Shown piece by piece: positions 23,801 to 32,614 of a stretch of 64,000 nucleotides of DNA; the first letter of the stretch is position 1; each line of letters begins with the position of its first letter. The DNA comes from Macrostomum lignano (Eukaryota): NCBI GenBank assembly GCA_002269645.1, contig NIVC01002996.1, positions 62,820 through 126,819 on the forward strand. The letters run 5' to 3'. Under the pieces are notes generated by a model. It was not told the DNA's origin, did no database searches, and saw nothing but the letters and a program-made list of their open reading frames with translations. Both the position numbers and the translations under genes were made by a program.

Positions 23801-25967
23801 GGTAAGAGTAAAAAGTTATGACATAATCAATTTCTCAGTCAGCCAGTATCAGTCTCAATTCAAGTTAGCAATATGGTTACGCAATTTCAATGAAGTCTTG
23901 TGTGCGTTTCTGTGGCACTGTTTTCACCTTGTTGTGATGCAATCTTTATCACAATCGTAATTCAGCCAGTCAGTTTTTTCTCTAGCATTCTTACAATGCA
24001 TTTCAAGTCAAAAATTTGGCTTGACCTTTGCAAAAAAGCATGTTTTTCGAATATTTAATCCCTTTAACATTGAGCAATTTCTTAGCCAAGATACATGTAC
24101 CGTCCCAGGAACATTTCTGATCGAATGGTGCAAGTTTGAAGAAAATCGGTTGAGCCATTTTTTCTGAAATCTATCGCATAGCTAGTTAGTTACAGACATT
24201 TCATTTTTAGTATATAGGATTAGCTCTGATTATAGTGGGTCAAGCTTTGATTATAGTAGGTCAATTAGCTCCGATTATAGTGGGTCAAGCTTCTGATTAT
24301 AGTGGGTCAAGCTGTGATTAAAGTGGGTCAATTAGCTCAGATTAAAGTAGGTCAAGCTCTGATAATAGTGAGTCAAGCTCTGATTATAGTGGGTCAATCT
24401 CTGATTATAGTGGGTCAAGCTTTGATTATAGTGGGTCACGCTTTGATTATAGTGGGTCAATCTCTGATTATAGTGGGTCAAGTTCTGATTACAGTGGGTC
24501 AATCTCTGATTATAGTGGGTCAAGTTCTGATTACAGTGGGTCAAGATTCTATATATAGTGGGTCAAGATTCTGATTATAATGGGTCAAGCTTCTGAATCT
24601 CTGATTACAGTGGGTCAAGCTCAGATTATAGTGGGTCAAGCTTTGATTATAGTGGGTCACGCTTTGATTATAGTAGGTCAAGCTTTGGTTATAGTAGGTC
24701 AAGCTTTGGTTATAGTGGGTCACGCTTTGATTATAGTGGGTCACGATTTGATTATAGTGGGTCAAACTGTGATTATAGTGGGTCAAGCTGTGATTATAGT
24801 GGGTCAAGCTGTGATTATAGTGGGTCAAGCTCTGATTATAGTGTGTCAAGCGCTTATTATAGTGGGTCAAGCTTTGATTATAGTGGGTCAAGTTTTTATT
24901 ATAGTGGGTCACGCTTTGATTATAGTAGGTCAAGCTTTGATTATAGTGGGTCACGCTTTGATTATAGTGGGTCAAGCTGTGATTATTGTGGGTCAAGCTT
25001 TGATTATAGTGGGTCAATCTCTTATTATAGTGGGTCAAGCTTTGATTATAATGGGTCACGTTTTGATTATAGTGGGTCAGTCTCTGATTATAGTGGGTCA
25101 AGCTTTGATTATAGTGGGTCACGCTTTGATTATAGTGGGTCACGCTTTGATTTTAGTGGGCCAAGCTGTGATTATAGTGGGTCAAGCTCCGATTATAGTG
25201 GTTCAAGTTCTGATATAGTGCGTCAAGCTCTGATTATGGTGGGTCAAGATTCTGATTATAGTGGGTCAAGCTCTGATTATAGTGGGTCAAGCTGATTACA
25301 GCGGGTCAAGATCGAATAACAGTGGGTCAAGTCCTTATCTCAGTGGGTCAGGCTCTAATCACTGTGGGTCAAGCCCGAATAAGTGGGTCAGGTCCTTATC
25401 TCAGTAGGTCAAGTCCTTATCTCAGTGGGTCAAGATCGAATAACAGTGGGTCAAGTCCTTATCTCAGTGGGTCAGGCTCTAATCACAGGGGCTCAAGCTT
25501 AAGAACTCAATAGATTATTTAAAAAACCAATTCATGAGCTCCCTAACCGTCTCGGGAAGCTGAGCGAACCGACTAAGGCGTTGCAACGCGTGCGCCACCG
25601 CGTCGACGGACTCCTCAGCCGGCAGGAAGCCGCGCAGCCGGCCCAGATCCGGCATGCCGGCCTTGATCTCCTCGTATTTGTTCGCCGCCGCGATGCCCCC
25701 GCTGGCGGTGCCGGCGGCCAACAGCCAGCGCAGCTTCAGCAGGCGGGCGGCGGTGCGGGCGGCCAGCCGCAGGGCGGAGGAGCCGGCCAGGCCGCGCTGT
25801 CCCGGCTGCCTTAGCACTGCCGGCTGCTTCGGCTGACACAGCGGCCGCCTGTTGCCATGGTGATGATGATGAAGAAGTCGGCATCTCGAAGATGCTGGAA
25901 GCGCGAGAGGCACAGTAGGCGAGTGCAGAAGCCAACGGCGAAGGAGACGGCGAGCTGCCAGACTCAT
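14822..25967 (-). CDS. OPA1: Dynamin-like mitochondrial GTPase OPA1, 7 coding exons, about 974 aa, with one 1-nt frameshift near 16817
   Basis: Exons 25548-25967, 20295-20349, 19703-20168, 18731-19130, 17864-18277, 16550-17119, 14822-15420, all GT-AG and phase-consistent except one missing base in exon 6. Motifs: N-terminal [22 protein letters not shown]1 GDQSSGKT, G2 MMTRAP, G3 DLPG, G4 TKMD, C-terminal [19 protein letters not shown]. Confidence 0.97.
15522..16539. repeat. OPA1 intron 6 minisatellite, 19/20/26-bp variable units (ACAGTCAC[AGTGAC]AGGGGATCAGG)
   Basis: Direct reading. Fills most of the intron. Confidence 0.95.
17181..17410. repeat. OPA1 intron 5 array A, 23-bp unit (GATCGAGGCTGCCATCCGCCCCC), about 10 units
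   Basis: Period 23 checked at 17225/17248/17271. Confidence 0.95.
17430..17850. repeat. OPA1 intron 5 array B, 23-bp unit (CACTCAGCAACCGCCCCAGCCCG), about 18 units
   Basis: Period 23 checked at 17498/17521/17544. Confidence 0.93.
18300..18515. repeat. OPA1 intron 4 20-bp G-rich array (GGGGCGGATGGGAGATGTCA)
   Basis: Direct reading of the tandem units. Confidence 0.92.
18587..18750 (-). repeat. 41-bp x4 tandem duplication spanning the OPA1 exon 4 donor site
   Basis: GCCAAG recurs at 18621/18662/18703/18744. Each unit contains GGGACAAG|GTGAGG. Confidence 0.95.
19150..19605. repeat. OPA1 intron 3 36-bp minisatellite (GGGTCATAGTGGGTCAGGTCATACCAGACCGGCATG)
   Basis: Period 36 checked at 19381/19417. 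Confidence 0.94.
20477..20741. repeat. 21-bp minisatellite (GATTATAGTGGGTCAAGCTCT), left part of a split array
   Basis: Same unit as 24222-25480. Confidence 0.9.
20879..21295. repeat. 18-bp minisatellite (CCCCCAGATAGCAAGCAT), about 23 units
   Basis: Period 18 checked at 20943/20961/20979. Confidence 0.95.
21395..23632. repeat. 23-bp minisatellite (TGTTTGACATGGTGGCTCTTTAA), about 97 units
   Basis: Period 23 checked at 21633/21656/21679. Confidence 0.96.
23682..23740 (-). mobile_element. tRNA-derived SINE head remnant
   Basis: B-box GGTTCGAATC (rc of 23689-23698). The context CACT..GA.TCGA.CC..GGTCGCTA is shared with 31157-31182. Confidence 0.4.
24222..25480. repeat. 21-bp minisatellite (GATTATAGTGGGTCAAGCTCT), about 55-60 units, degenerate at the right edge
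   Basis: Period 21 checked at 24361/24382/24403. Confidence 0.96.
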
Positions 25968-25984
25968 GGCATTGGGATTTCAGG

Positions 25985-26003
25985 CTGGATGGGGAAGAGA
26001 AAA
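25985..26003 (-). promoter_or_regulatory. 3' splice acceptor 17 nt upstream of the OPA1 ATG (cis- or trans-splice site)
   Basis: ttttctcttccccatccag|cctgaaatcccaatgccATG. Confidence 0.6.
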
Positions 26004-26057
26004 TGCGCCACTGTCTCATCTGCCTGCTTATAAGTAGTGGAAGCAAAACGCTTTTCT

Positions 26058-26450
26058 GATCCCTAATGGGATTCTAATGGCATGGTTGCCACCTGTCACT
26101 ACTAGATCCCCTAATGGGATTCTAATGAAATGGTTGCCACCTGTCACTACTAGATCCCCTAATGGGATTCTAATGGCATGGTTGCCACCTGTCACTACTA
26201 GATCCCCTAATGGGATCCTAATTGCATGGTTGCCACCTGTCACTATTAGATCCCCTAATGGGATTCTAACGGCATGGTTGCCACCTGTCACTACTAGATC
26301 CCCTAATGGGATTCTAATGGCATGGTTGCCACCTGTCACTATTAGATCCCCTAATGGGATTCTAACGGCATGGTTGCCACCTGTCACTATTAGATCCCCT
26401 AATGGGATTCTAATGGCATGGTTGCCACCTGTCACTATTCGATCCCCTAA
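26058..26450 (+). repeat. 48-bp minisatellite, about 8 units (GATCCCCTAATGGGATTCTAATGGCATGGTTGCCACCTGTCACTACTA)
   Basis: Direct reading. Reverse complement of 27973-28190. Confidence 0.96.
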
Positions 26451-26974
26451 CAAAAAGATTGAAAGACAATAAAATCATTCTTATAATGTGCTGAGAGCAG
26501 TAAATATATGATGGCTTGTATTTTCAAAACATGAGCACAGTGAAATCAAGCTAATTGGCAAAATTACACACAGGTGCAAGAATCAATAATGCGGGCATTA
26601 ATATCGCTTTTGAATATCCGATAGTCTGGCAATTATCAGCAGAAATATGAATCATAATAGAAAGTTATCAACTAAAAAATCGAAAATGACTCGTATAATG
26701 AAGTAAAAATGTTAAAACTACTTCTAAGTAGCATCGCAAGTATGCATGAAAACGTATGAAATTGAATATAATGCACAAACCAAAAGCGCAGATTTATGAT
26801 CCACAACAATGGCAGATATGCGCGCAAACAGATACTGATAGTGAAAAGCGAATACCTCAGACAAGTATTCTGTATTCTAACCACCGAAGCATCAGGCTGA
26901 GGATCTCATTCAAAAGATACAGGTCTCATTAGAGTATTACAAAAAGGACACCAGTCTCCCCTGAGTATTTCACT

Positions 26975-27320
26975 TAGGAGATGCCAGTTTCCCCAGAGTA
27001 TCTTATCCAAGAAACACCTGGCTCATTCCAGTATCCCACATAATATACACCAGTCTCACCAGAGTATCTCACTTAAGACACCGGCATCACCAGAGTATCT
27101 CATTTAAGAGACACCAGTCTCCCCCCGAGTATCTCACCAAGAGACATCAGTCTCACTAGAGTGTCTTACCCAAGAGACATCAGTCTCACCGGAGTATCTC
27201 ACCCAGGAAACACCAGTCTCACCAGAGTATCTCACTACTCAAGAAATGCCAGTCTCACCAGAGTATCTCACCCAAGTGATGCCACCGAGTATCTCACTTA
27301 AGAGACACGAGTCTCACCAG
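26975..27320. repeat. Degenerate 31-34-bp tandem repeat (CAGTCTCACCAGAGTATCTCACCCAAGAGACAC)
   Basis: Direct reading of the tandem units. Confidence 0.85.
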
Positions 27321-27432
27321 AGTATCAAATTAACAAAATAGCAATCTGCCCATTCATTGGCATTTTATGGGTGAAAAGACCATAAATTTTGAGTTCATCT
27401 ATAAGAGCTGGGCAGGCGGTGTCATCGAGCAT

Positions 27433-28358
27433 TCAGCTGCTGCAGTCCTCGGCGGAGTCGGAAGGCCTGCTGAGCTGGCCAATGACCTCCCGCAGCATCT
27501 GGTTGCACAGGGCCGCATACGGGTTCATCTCCACCAGCATCTGCTTGGCAAACGGCCCGCCCAGTCTGGCGGCCGCTTCAAAATCTTGCCTGGCCTCGTC
27601 GTCGCGACCTTCGGCCCGGCGGATCACGCCGCGCTGCGTCAGCGCCTGGCAGGCCACCCGGCCGGAGCCGCGCGACAGGCGCAGCGCAGATTCCAAGTCG
27701 TCCAGGGCGCCGCGCCGGTCGCCGCGCAGCTGCAGAGCCTGGGCGCGGTTGTTGTAGCCGGAGGCGCGGTGCGGCGTCAGCGACACGCAGCGGTTCAGAG
27801 AGTCCAGCCCGCCCGACAGGTCGCCGCGCTCGATGGCGTGGATCGCCTCCACCTCCAGCTTCTGCGACGGATTTCAAAGTATTGGATGAACTCTTATAGC
27901 ACTAGCGCTGACTGCTACTTCAAGTAGGCTGGTTGGAAAGTTGTGAAAAACTCGACTAGGTACTTTTTATGTGGGATCGAATAGTGACAGGTGGCAACCA
28001 TGCCATTAGAATCCCATTAGGGGATCAAATAGGGACAGGTGGCAACCATGCCATTAGAATCCCATTAGGGGATCGAGTAGGGACAGGTGGCAACCATGCC
28101 ATTAGAATCTCATTAGGGGATCGAGTAGGGACAGGTGGCAACCATGCCATTAGGATCCCATTAGGGGATCGAATAGGGACAGGTGGCAACAATCACCTTA
28201 GACTCGGACAGCCGGTCCCGCTCCTCCTCTGTCATGTCCGCAATCTCCAGCTCCGTGTCCGAGAGGGGCTGCCCGGCCGCAGCCTCGGACTGCTCGTAGG
28301 GCATCTCGGGATTAAATACCCGGTTCAGCACCTGCTGGTCGCTGTTGCTTAGAGACAT
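27433..28358 (-). CDS. TTC36: Tetratricopeptide repeat protein 36 homolog, 2 exons, 196 aa
   Basis: Exons 28197-28358 and 27433-27861 (AAG|GTGATT ... cgcag|AAG, phase 0). Motifs DQQVLNRVFNP, ASGYNNRAQALQLRG, QRGVIRR..GRDDEARQDFEAAARLG, NPYAALCNQML match the TTC36 family. Confidence 0.95.
27973..28190 (-). repeat. 48-bp minisatellite, about 4.5 units, inverted relative to 26058-26450, in the TTC36 intron
   Basis: Unit GAATAGTGACAGGTGGCAACCATGCCATTAGAATCCCATTAGGGGATC. Confidence 0.96.
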
Positions 28359-28381
28359 TTTTATGACTTCAGTGTTTCCAG

Positions 28382-28394
28382 CTGAAAAACAGAA
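28382..28394 (-). promoter_or_regulatory. 3' splice acceptor 23 nt upstream of the TTC36 ATG (candidate trans-splice site)
   Basis: ttctgtttttcag|ctggaaacactgaagtcataaaaATG. Confidence 0.6.
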
Positions 28395-28417
28395 TGAGCA
28401 GTCGTTGACAGTAGCTC

Positions 28418-28612
28418 AAGCACTTGGCTACCTGAGCAGCAATTACTGAATTGAGCACTTGGCTACCTGAGCAGCAATTACTGAATTGAGCACTTGGCTA
28501 CCTGAGCAGCAATTACTGAATTGAGCACTTGGCTACCTGAGCAGCAATTACTGAATTGAGCACTTGGCTACCTGAGCAGCAATTACTGAATTGAGCAATT
28601 GGCTACCTGAGC
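28418..28612. repeat. 35-bp tandem repeat x about 5.5 (GAGCACTTGGCTACCTGAGCAGCAATTACTGAATT)
   Basis: Period 35 checked at 28421/28456. Confidence 0.95.
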
Positions 28613-28775
28613 AGTTACATTCACACCTGACAGATCCAGCACACAAAGAATAAAAAGACTATGAAATAATGAGAAAACAGCATTAAATAGCCTTTATGTG
28701 AACGTGTATTTACAGGCTACTGTTTCGTATAAAGAATATTTCGGTTTCAGATCGAAGCACTAAGGACTACTTGAA

Positions 28776-29009
28776 CTACTTTTTAGCCTTATCAGCCATG
28801 CAGCTCTTGAGCAGGGCGAACTCAGCTGAGCAGACGCCGGGCCGACCGCCGGCGGCCGACGCTGATTCCTCCTGGCGCTGTACAACGCAGGCGGCGTAGG
28901 CGCGGGCCTCCGGGGTGCAGCGCAACAGCGCAGCGGACATGGCGCGGAGACGGGCGCCAGCCGACTCAATGGAGGCTTTGGCTGACGCGGTGGAACTGCC
29001 CGGCGGCAT
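28776..29009 (-). CDS. NDUFAF8: Twin CX9C protein, complex I assembly factor NDUFAF8 homolog, about 77 aa
   Basis: RLRAMSAALLRC-TPEARAYAA-CV and C-SAEFALLKS-C are two exact CX9C motifs in the NDUFAF8/C17orf89 pattern. Start ATG at 29009 is inferred. Confidence 0.85.
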   Translation of the reverse strand: MPPGSSTASAKASIESAGARLRAMSAALLRCTPEARAYAACVVQRQEESASAAGGRPGVCSAEFALLKSCMADKAKK

Positions 29010-30800
29010 GAAATGGCGATGCGGCAATAAACCTCAACATGGTGAAGACACTGGCAGTCTAGGATGAGGTGAGATCCCAATGAATATATGTCAAAGGCAC
29101 ATGCGTCTGCCATAGTCCTGGCTAGTTATGAAAAGTTATGGGAATATGGTAAAAATGTCTAAAATGACAATCAAATATATAGATATAAATTTTAAAGAAA
29201 GATAAACTGCGGTCAATAGGCAGTGGTGGCAGTGGCAGCAAGGCACAGTGCACTTATGAAATACAACATGATATATGTCTTCAGCCTTCTTATTCTACAA
29301 AACATACAATCTGGAAAATGACTACATATGGTAAGTAGGCTAAAAACTATAGTTGGTAAATTTAGTATTTAGTAAAACCTGCTAACTCTGCAAGCTGACC
29401 AGCTCACATGTGAATATGCACAATGTGTTTCTCTCATGTGACTATTCATTTCTGTTTTAGGGGTTTGGTGCCAAATTTTGTACTTTTGAAAGTCAATTTC
29501 TGTGGTAAAAGACACACAGGCATGACACACTTTTAGGGCAAAATTCAAAATTTAATTTTTAGCTTGGTGCACTTTTAGGGCTAAGTTTTTGGAAAGTTCC
29601 CCCCTTGACAAATGGCTTATTCCAGATAAGATAGACATATTTGGAAAATAGAAAAAAGTCAATATTTTTGCTTGCTATTGCCTTATCAGCCATTTTTTTG
29701 CCAAACGTTTTTATGTGTAATATATACAATCTAAGAATAAATGAATGGTAAAATGTTGGATTAGTATGTTATCAATTGGCAAAAAGTCATTTTTTGTAAA
29801 AAATTGGACATTTTTCAAAGCAAAAGACATCATTAAGTCTATATACCTTTTAAAAACAAATAGAAAGTTGAAAGTTGAAAGTTGAAACAAACTATAGATA
29901 AAATTATAGTACTTGCATCATCCAATAAAAACATTAGTACCTTAAAAGTTAGTGAACTGACAGAAAAAAATGTTACAACTATAATGTTACAACCATTTAA
30001 GGCTGTTTTTTCTTTTGTATCTTTGTTGCCTTAGTTTATATATTCTAATAAAAGAGCATGATTTCTGTTTCTGATGATTTTTTAGTCAATTTTTAAAAAA
30101 TGTATTGCAAAATATCAAAAATGAAAAATGTTATAAGACTTTTTATCTTTTAGTTTCTATATGTGAAAAATCCTATTGTTATGACCATAAGTGCTATTCA
30201 AGGTTTAATAGCATTTAATAGATATTTATATAAAACTATATAAACATATTCTTGACAAAATAATCTTTTATTTGAAATATTGGTTTAGTATATTCTATTA
30301 CTAGATTTTATTTTATAAGTAAAAATAGCCTGTCATGTTATGACTATAATTATATGGAATGGCCCTAATGCAAGCACACAAAATTCAAGAACATGGGCTA
30401 ACTTTTTGCTGCGCACCTTCTCAAACAAGAATCAAGTCGCCAGCCCTCCAGACCATTGAGATATTCAACAATTCTGCCAGAAGGTCAGATTTTTCCCATA
30501 AGTGCTAGTATATTCAGTACATCCCTATGTGCCAATCAGCACTGCACCTCAGTTTAGCTTTGCCAAGCCTCCAAATTTCATCAGCATGTCAACCATGTGT
30601 CTATATTGGCTCTGACTTTGTTGGTCACTAGCCTTCACTTAGGTAGAGTTTCTAGACATTTAACAGGTGGGCACCATGTGACTATGGATATCCTGTTGCA
30701 AATTTCTATAGTTTTGCTGATCAAGCCTCAACAGTGAGCAAACCAAACTACTAGACATTTTTAGATAGACTCTCAAGTACTTGGTTGTCATCCTGATACC

Positions 30801-31363
30801 CAGGGGCATAGCCAGGAATGTTCTATGGGGGGTATACCAAGGTGAATTTTCTACGGGGGGATTTTTTTTTATTAGAGGCAGGGGGGTTGTGTGCACCCTG
30901 GCACACTTTAAGCAACATTGGCATACAACCGGCAAGAGGCATTACTGCCCATTCCACCAACTCCCCTGAGCAGGCATACAAGCGCGCGGATACATACGCA
31001 GGCACACACTCACACAGGAATGTACAGTGGCCCTAACTTTATCAATTGTTAGGCATGTACACTTCACTGCGCCTTGGGGGGTTGGCTCTCAAGGCTGTTA
31101 ATTGCACGAGCAGAGCCAAGCCGAAATTCCAATTCAGCCCCAAATTAATGTGACTGCACTTGGAATCGAGCCTGGGTCGCTAGCACACCAGAGCAGCTGC
31201 GCTACCGCTGGGCTACGGCTCCCGTTTACGGGGGGATATACCAAGGTAAAAGTGCTATGACAATCACATGGTAGCATGTATAGCAACAAAGGGCTACAAA
31301 AAAGTTTTGGTCAGCCTCTTCGGGGAGGATACATCCCCATATCTTCCCCTCCCTACACCCTTA
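30801..31363. mobile_element. Decayed hAT-like MITE (CAGGGGCATAGCCAGG terminus) with 8-bp TSD CTGATACC, containing a SINE
   Basis: CTGATACC at 30793-30800 and 31364-31371. The right end CCCTCCCTACACCCTTA is a transition-decayed inverted copy of the left end. Confidence 0.6.
30975..31223 (-). mobile_element. tRNA-derived SINE
   Basis: Pol III A-box TAGCCCAGCGG (rc 31205-31215) and B-box GGCTCGATTCC (rc 31162-31172). The 3' body is shared with 4937-5057. CpG-rich within a CpG-poor host. Confidence 0.65.
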
Positions 31364-32272
31364 CTGATACCATTGGCATCTTCAATAGATGACACTAGCT
31401 GACTATGGACACTCTATTGTAAATTTTTTTAGTTTTGCTAATCAAGCCTCAATAGTGAGCAAACCTCAACTGCTAGACATTCTTATCTAGAATCTCAAGC
31501 ACTTAGTTGTTATCCTGATACTATTGGCCTCTTAATAGATAGCACTAGCTGACTATGGACACCCTATTGCAAATTTCTCTAGTTTTTCTAATTAAGCCTT
31601 AATAATAGGTAAGCCTAAACTGTTGAACATCCTTAGCTAGACTCTCAAGTACCCAGTTGTTATCTTAACATCATTGGCATCTTCAATGGATGACACTAGA
31701 TAACTATGGATACTCGAATAAGCTCTATTGCTCCGTTTCAACATAGCAAAAAATTGTCAAAGGAGGGGAATTCAACCCCCCTCATTGGTAGTTCTACTGT
31801 TAATTTTAACAAATTATATCAATATTATTAAATTGTAATTTAGGAAGAAAATATAAAATTTAATATATCAAATTTATAGCAACAGCGATAGTTGTCAATT
31901 AAAACAAAATTTGCCTAGAATGTACATATTTATTTACTACTTAGTGTCTACCTCTGGCTCTAAAATGAGACGCATACTATATAGACTATATAGAATAATA
32001 GAACTATTTGCCTAATTAAATACCAATTAGTAGACAAGTTGTTTTATGGATAAGCTACTAGCAAAGAAGCTTACATGTGTCCCATACAAAACCATATAGA
32101 CCCTCATACAATAAAAATACTTAAAAAGAAGTTTTTCTTTTGACAAATTTGGTCAATGGAAATCACCATAATGTAAAATAATGAATTGCCGATACTAATG
32201 CTGGTAGAGTCGCTCGCTTGGCGAGAAGAATAAATAGAAAGCTTAATATCAACATTTGAATATAATTACAAT

Positions 32273-32330
32273 TTCTAACAACTTCAACGCGTTTCGCACG
32301 CCATGGTGCATCGTCAGGATTTTATTAGAA
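32273..32330 (-). ncRNA. Type I hammerhead ribozyme motif (second copy)
   Basis: Exact reverse complement of 35465-35522. Confidence 0.8.
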
Positions 32331-32614
32331 CGATTTGAGAAATTGAGATTGAAAGCGATTGATTAAATATTGGTTTTTGCAACGTACACAGGTAAGGAGG
32401 GTAAGATTGAAAACAATTGATTACAACTTGGCTTTAACAACATACATAGGTATAGTAGGTAGGAGAGAGAATTATAGATTGAGAATGAAAGTTAAACCAA
32501 ATGTACACAATTCTTGTCCAGTGGTCAAAAGGCAGAATCAGGGGCGGTAGCTAGCTTAGGTAATTGAACGTCAAGCTAAGTGTACACAGCGTGCACGACT
32601 GTGTCACTCACTGT

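Larger units (their letters stand above)
20742..24220 (+). mobile_element. Candidate non-autonomous Helentron/DINE-1/Lep1-like element carrying two minisatellites
   Basis: Interrupts the GATTATAGTGGGTCA array at GGTCAA|TTAGCTC. The 5' end ACTAGC and the 3' end CAAGTTTGAAGAAAATCGGTTGAGCC...ACAGACATTTCATTTTTAGTATATAGGAT resemble that family (family assignment from recall, not searched). Confidence 0.45.
30670..31715. repeat. Old 150-bp tandem repeat (about 3.3 copies), heavily diverged, interrupted by a MITE
   Basis: Units start at 31391/31541/31691. The first copy is split at 30800|31371. Confidence 0.8.

Noticed and set aside
15522-25480. Tandem arrays as CRISPR arrays or repeat proteins
   Set aside because: The units are contiguous with no unique spacers and no cas genes, and they lie inside GT-AG introns of OPA1.
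31150-31223. Functional tRNA gene
   Set aside because: A and B boxes are present, but I could not build an acceptor stem or anticodon arm, and it continues into a dispersed repeat body. Called a SINE instead.
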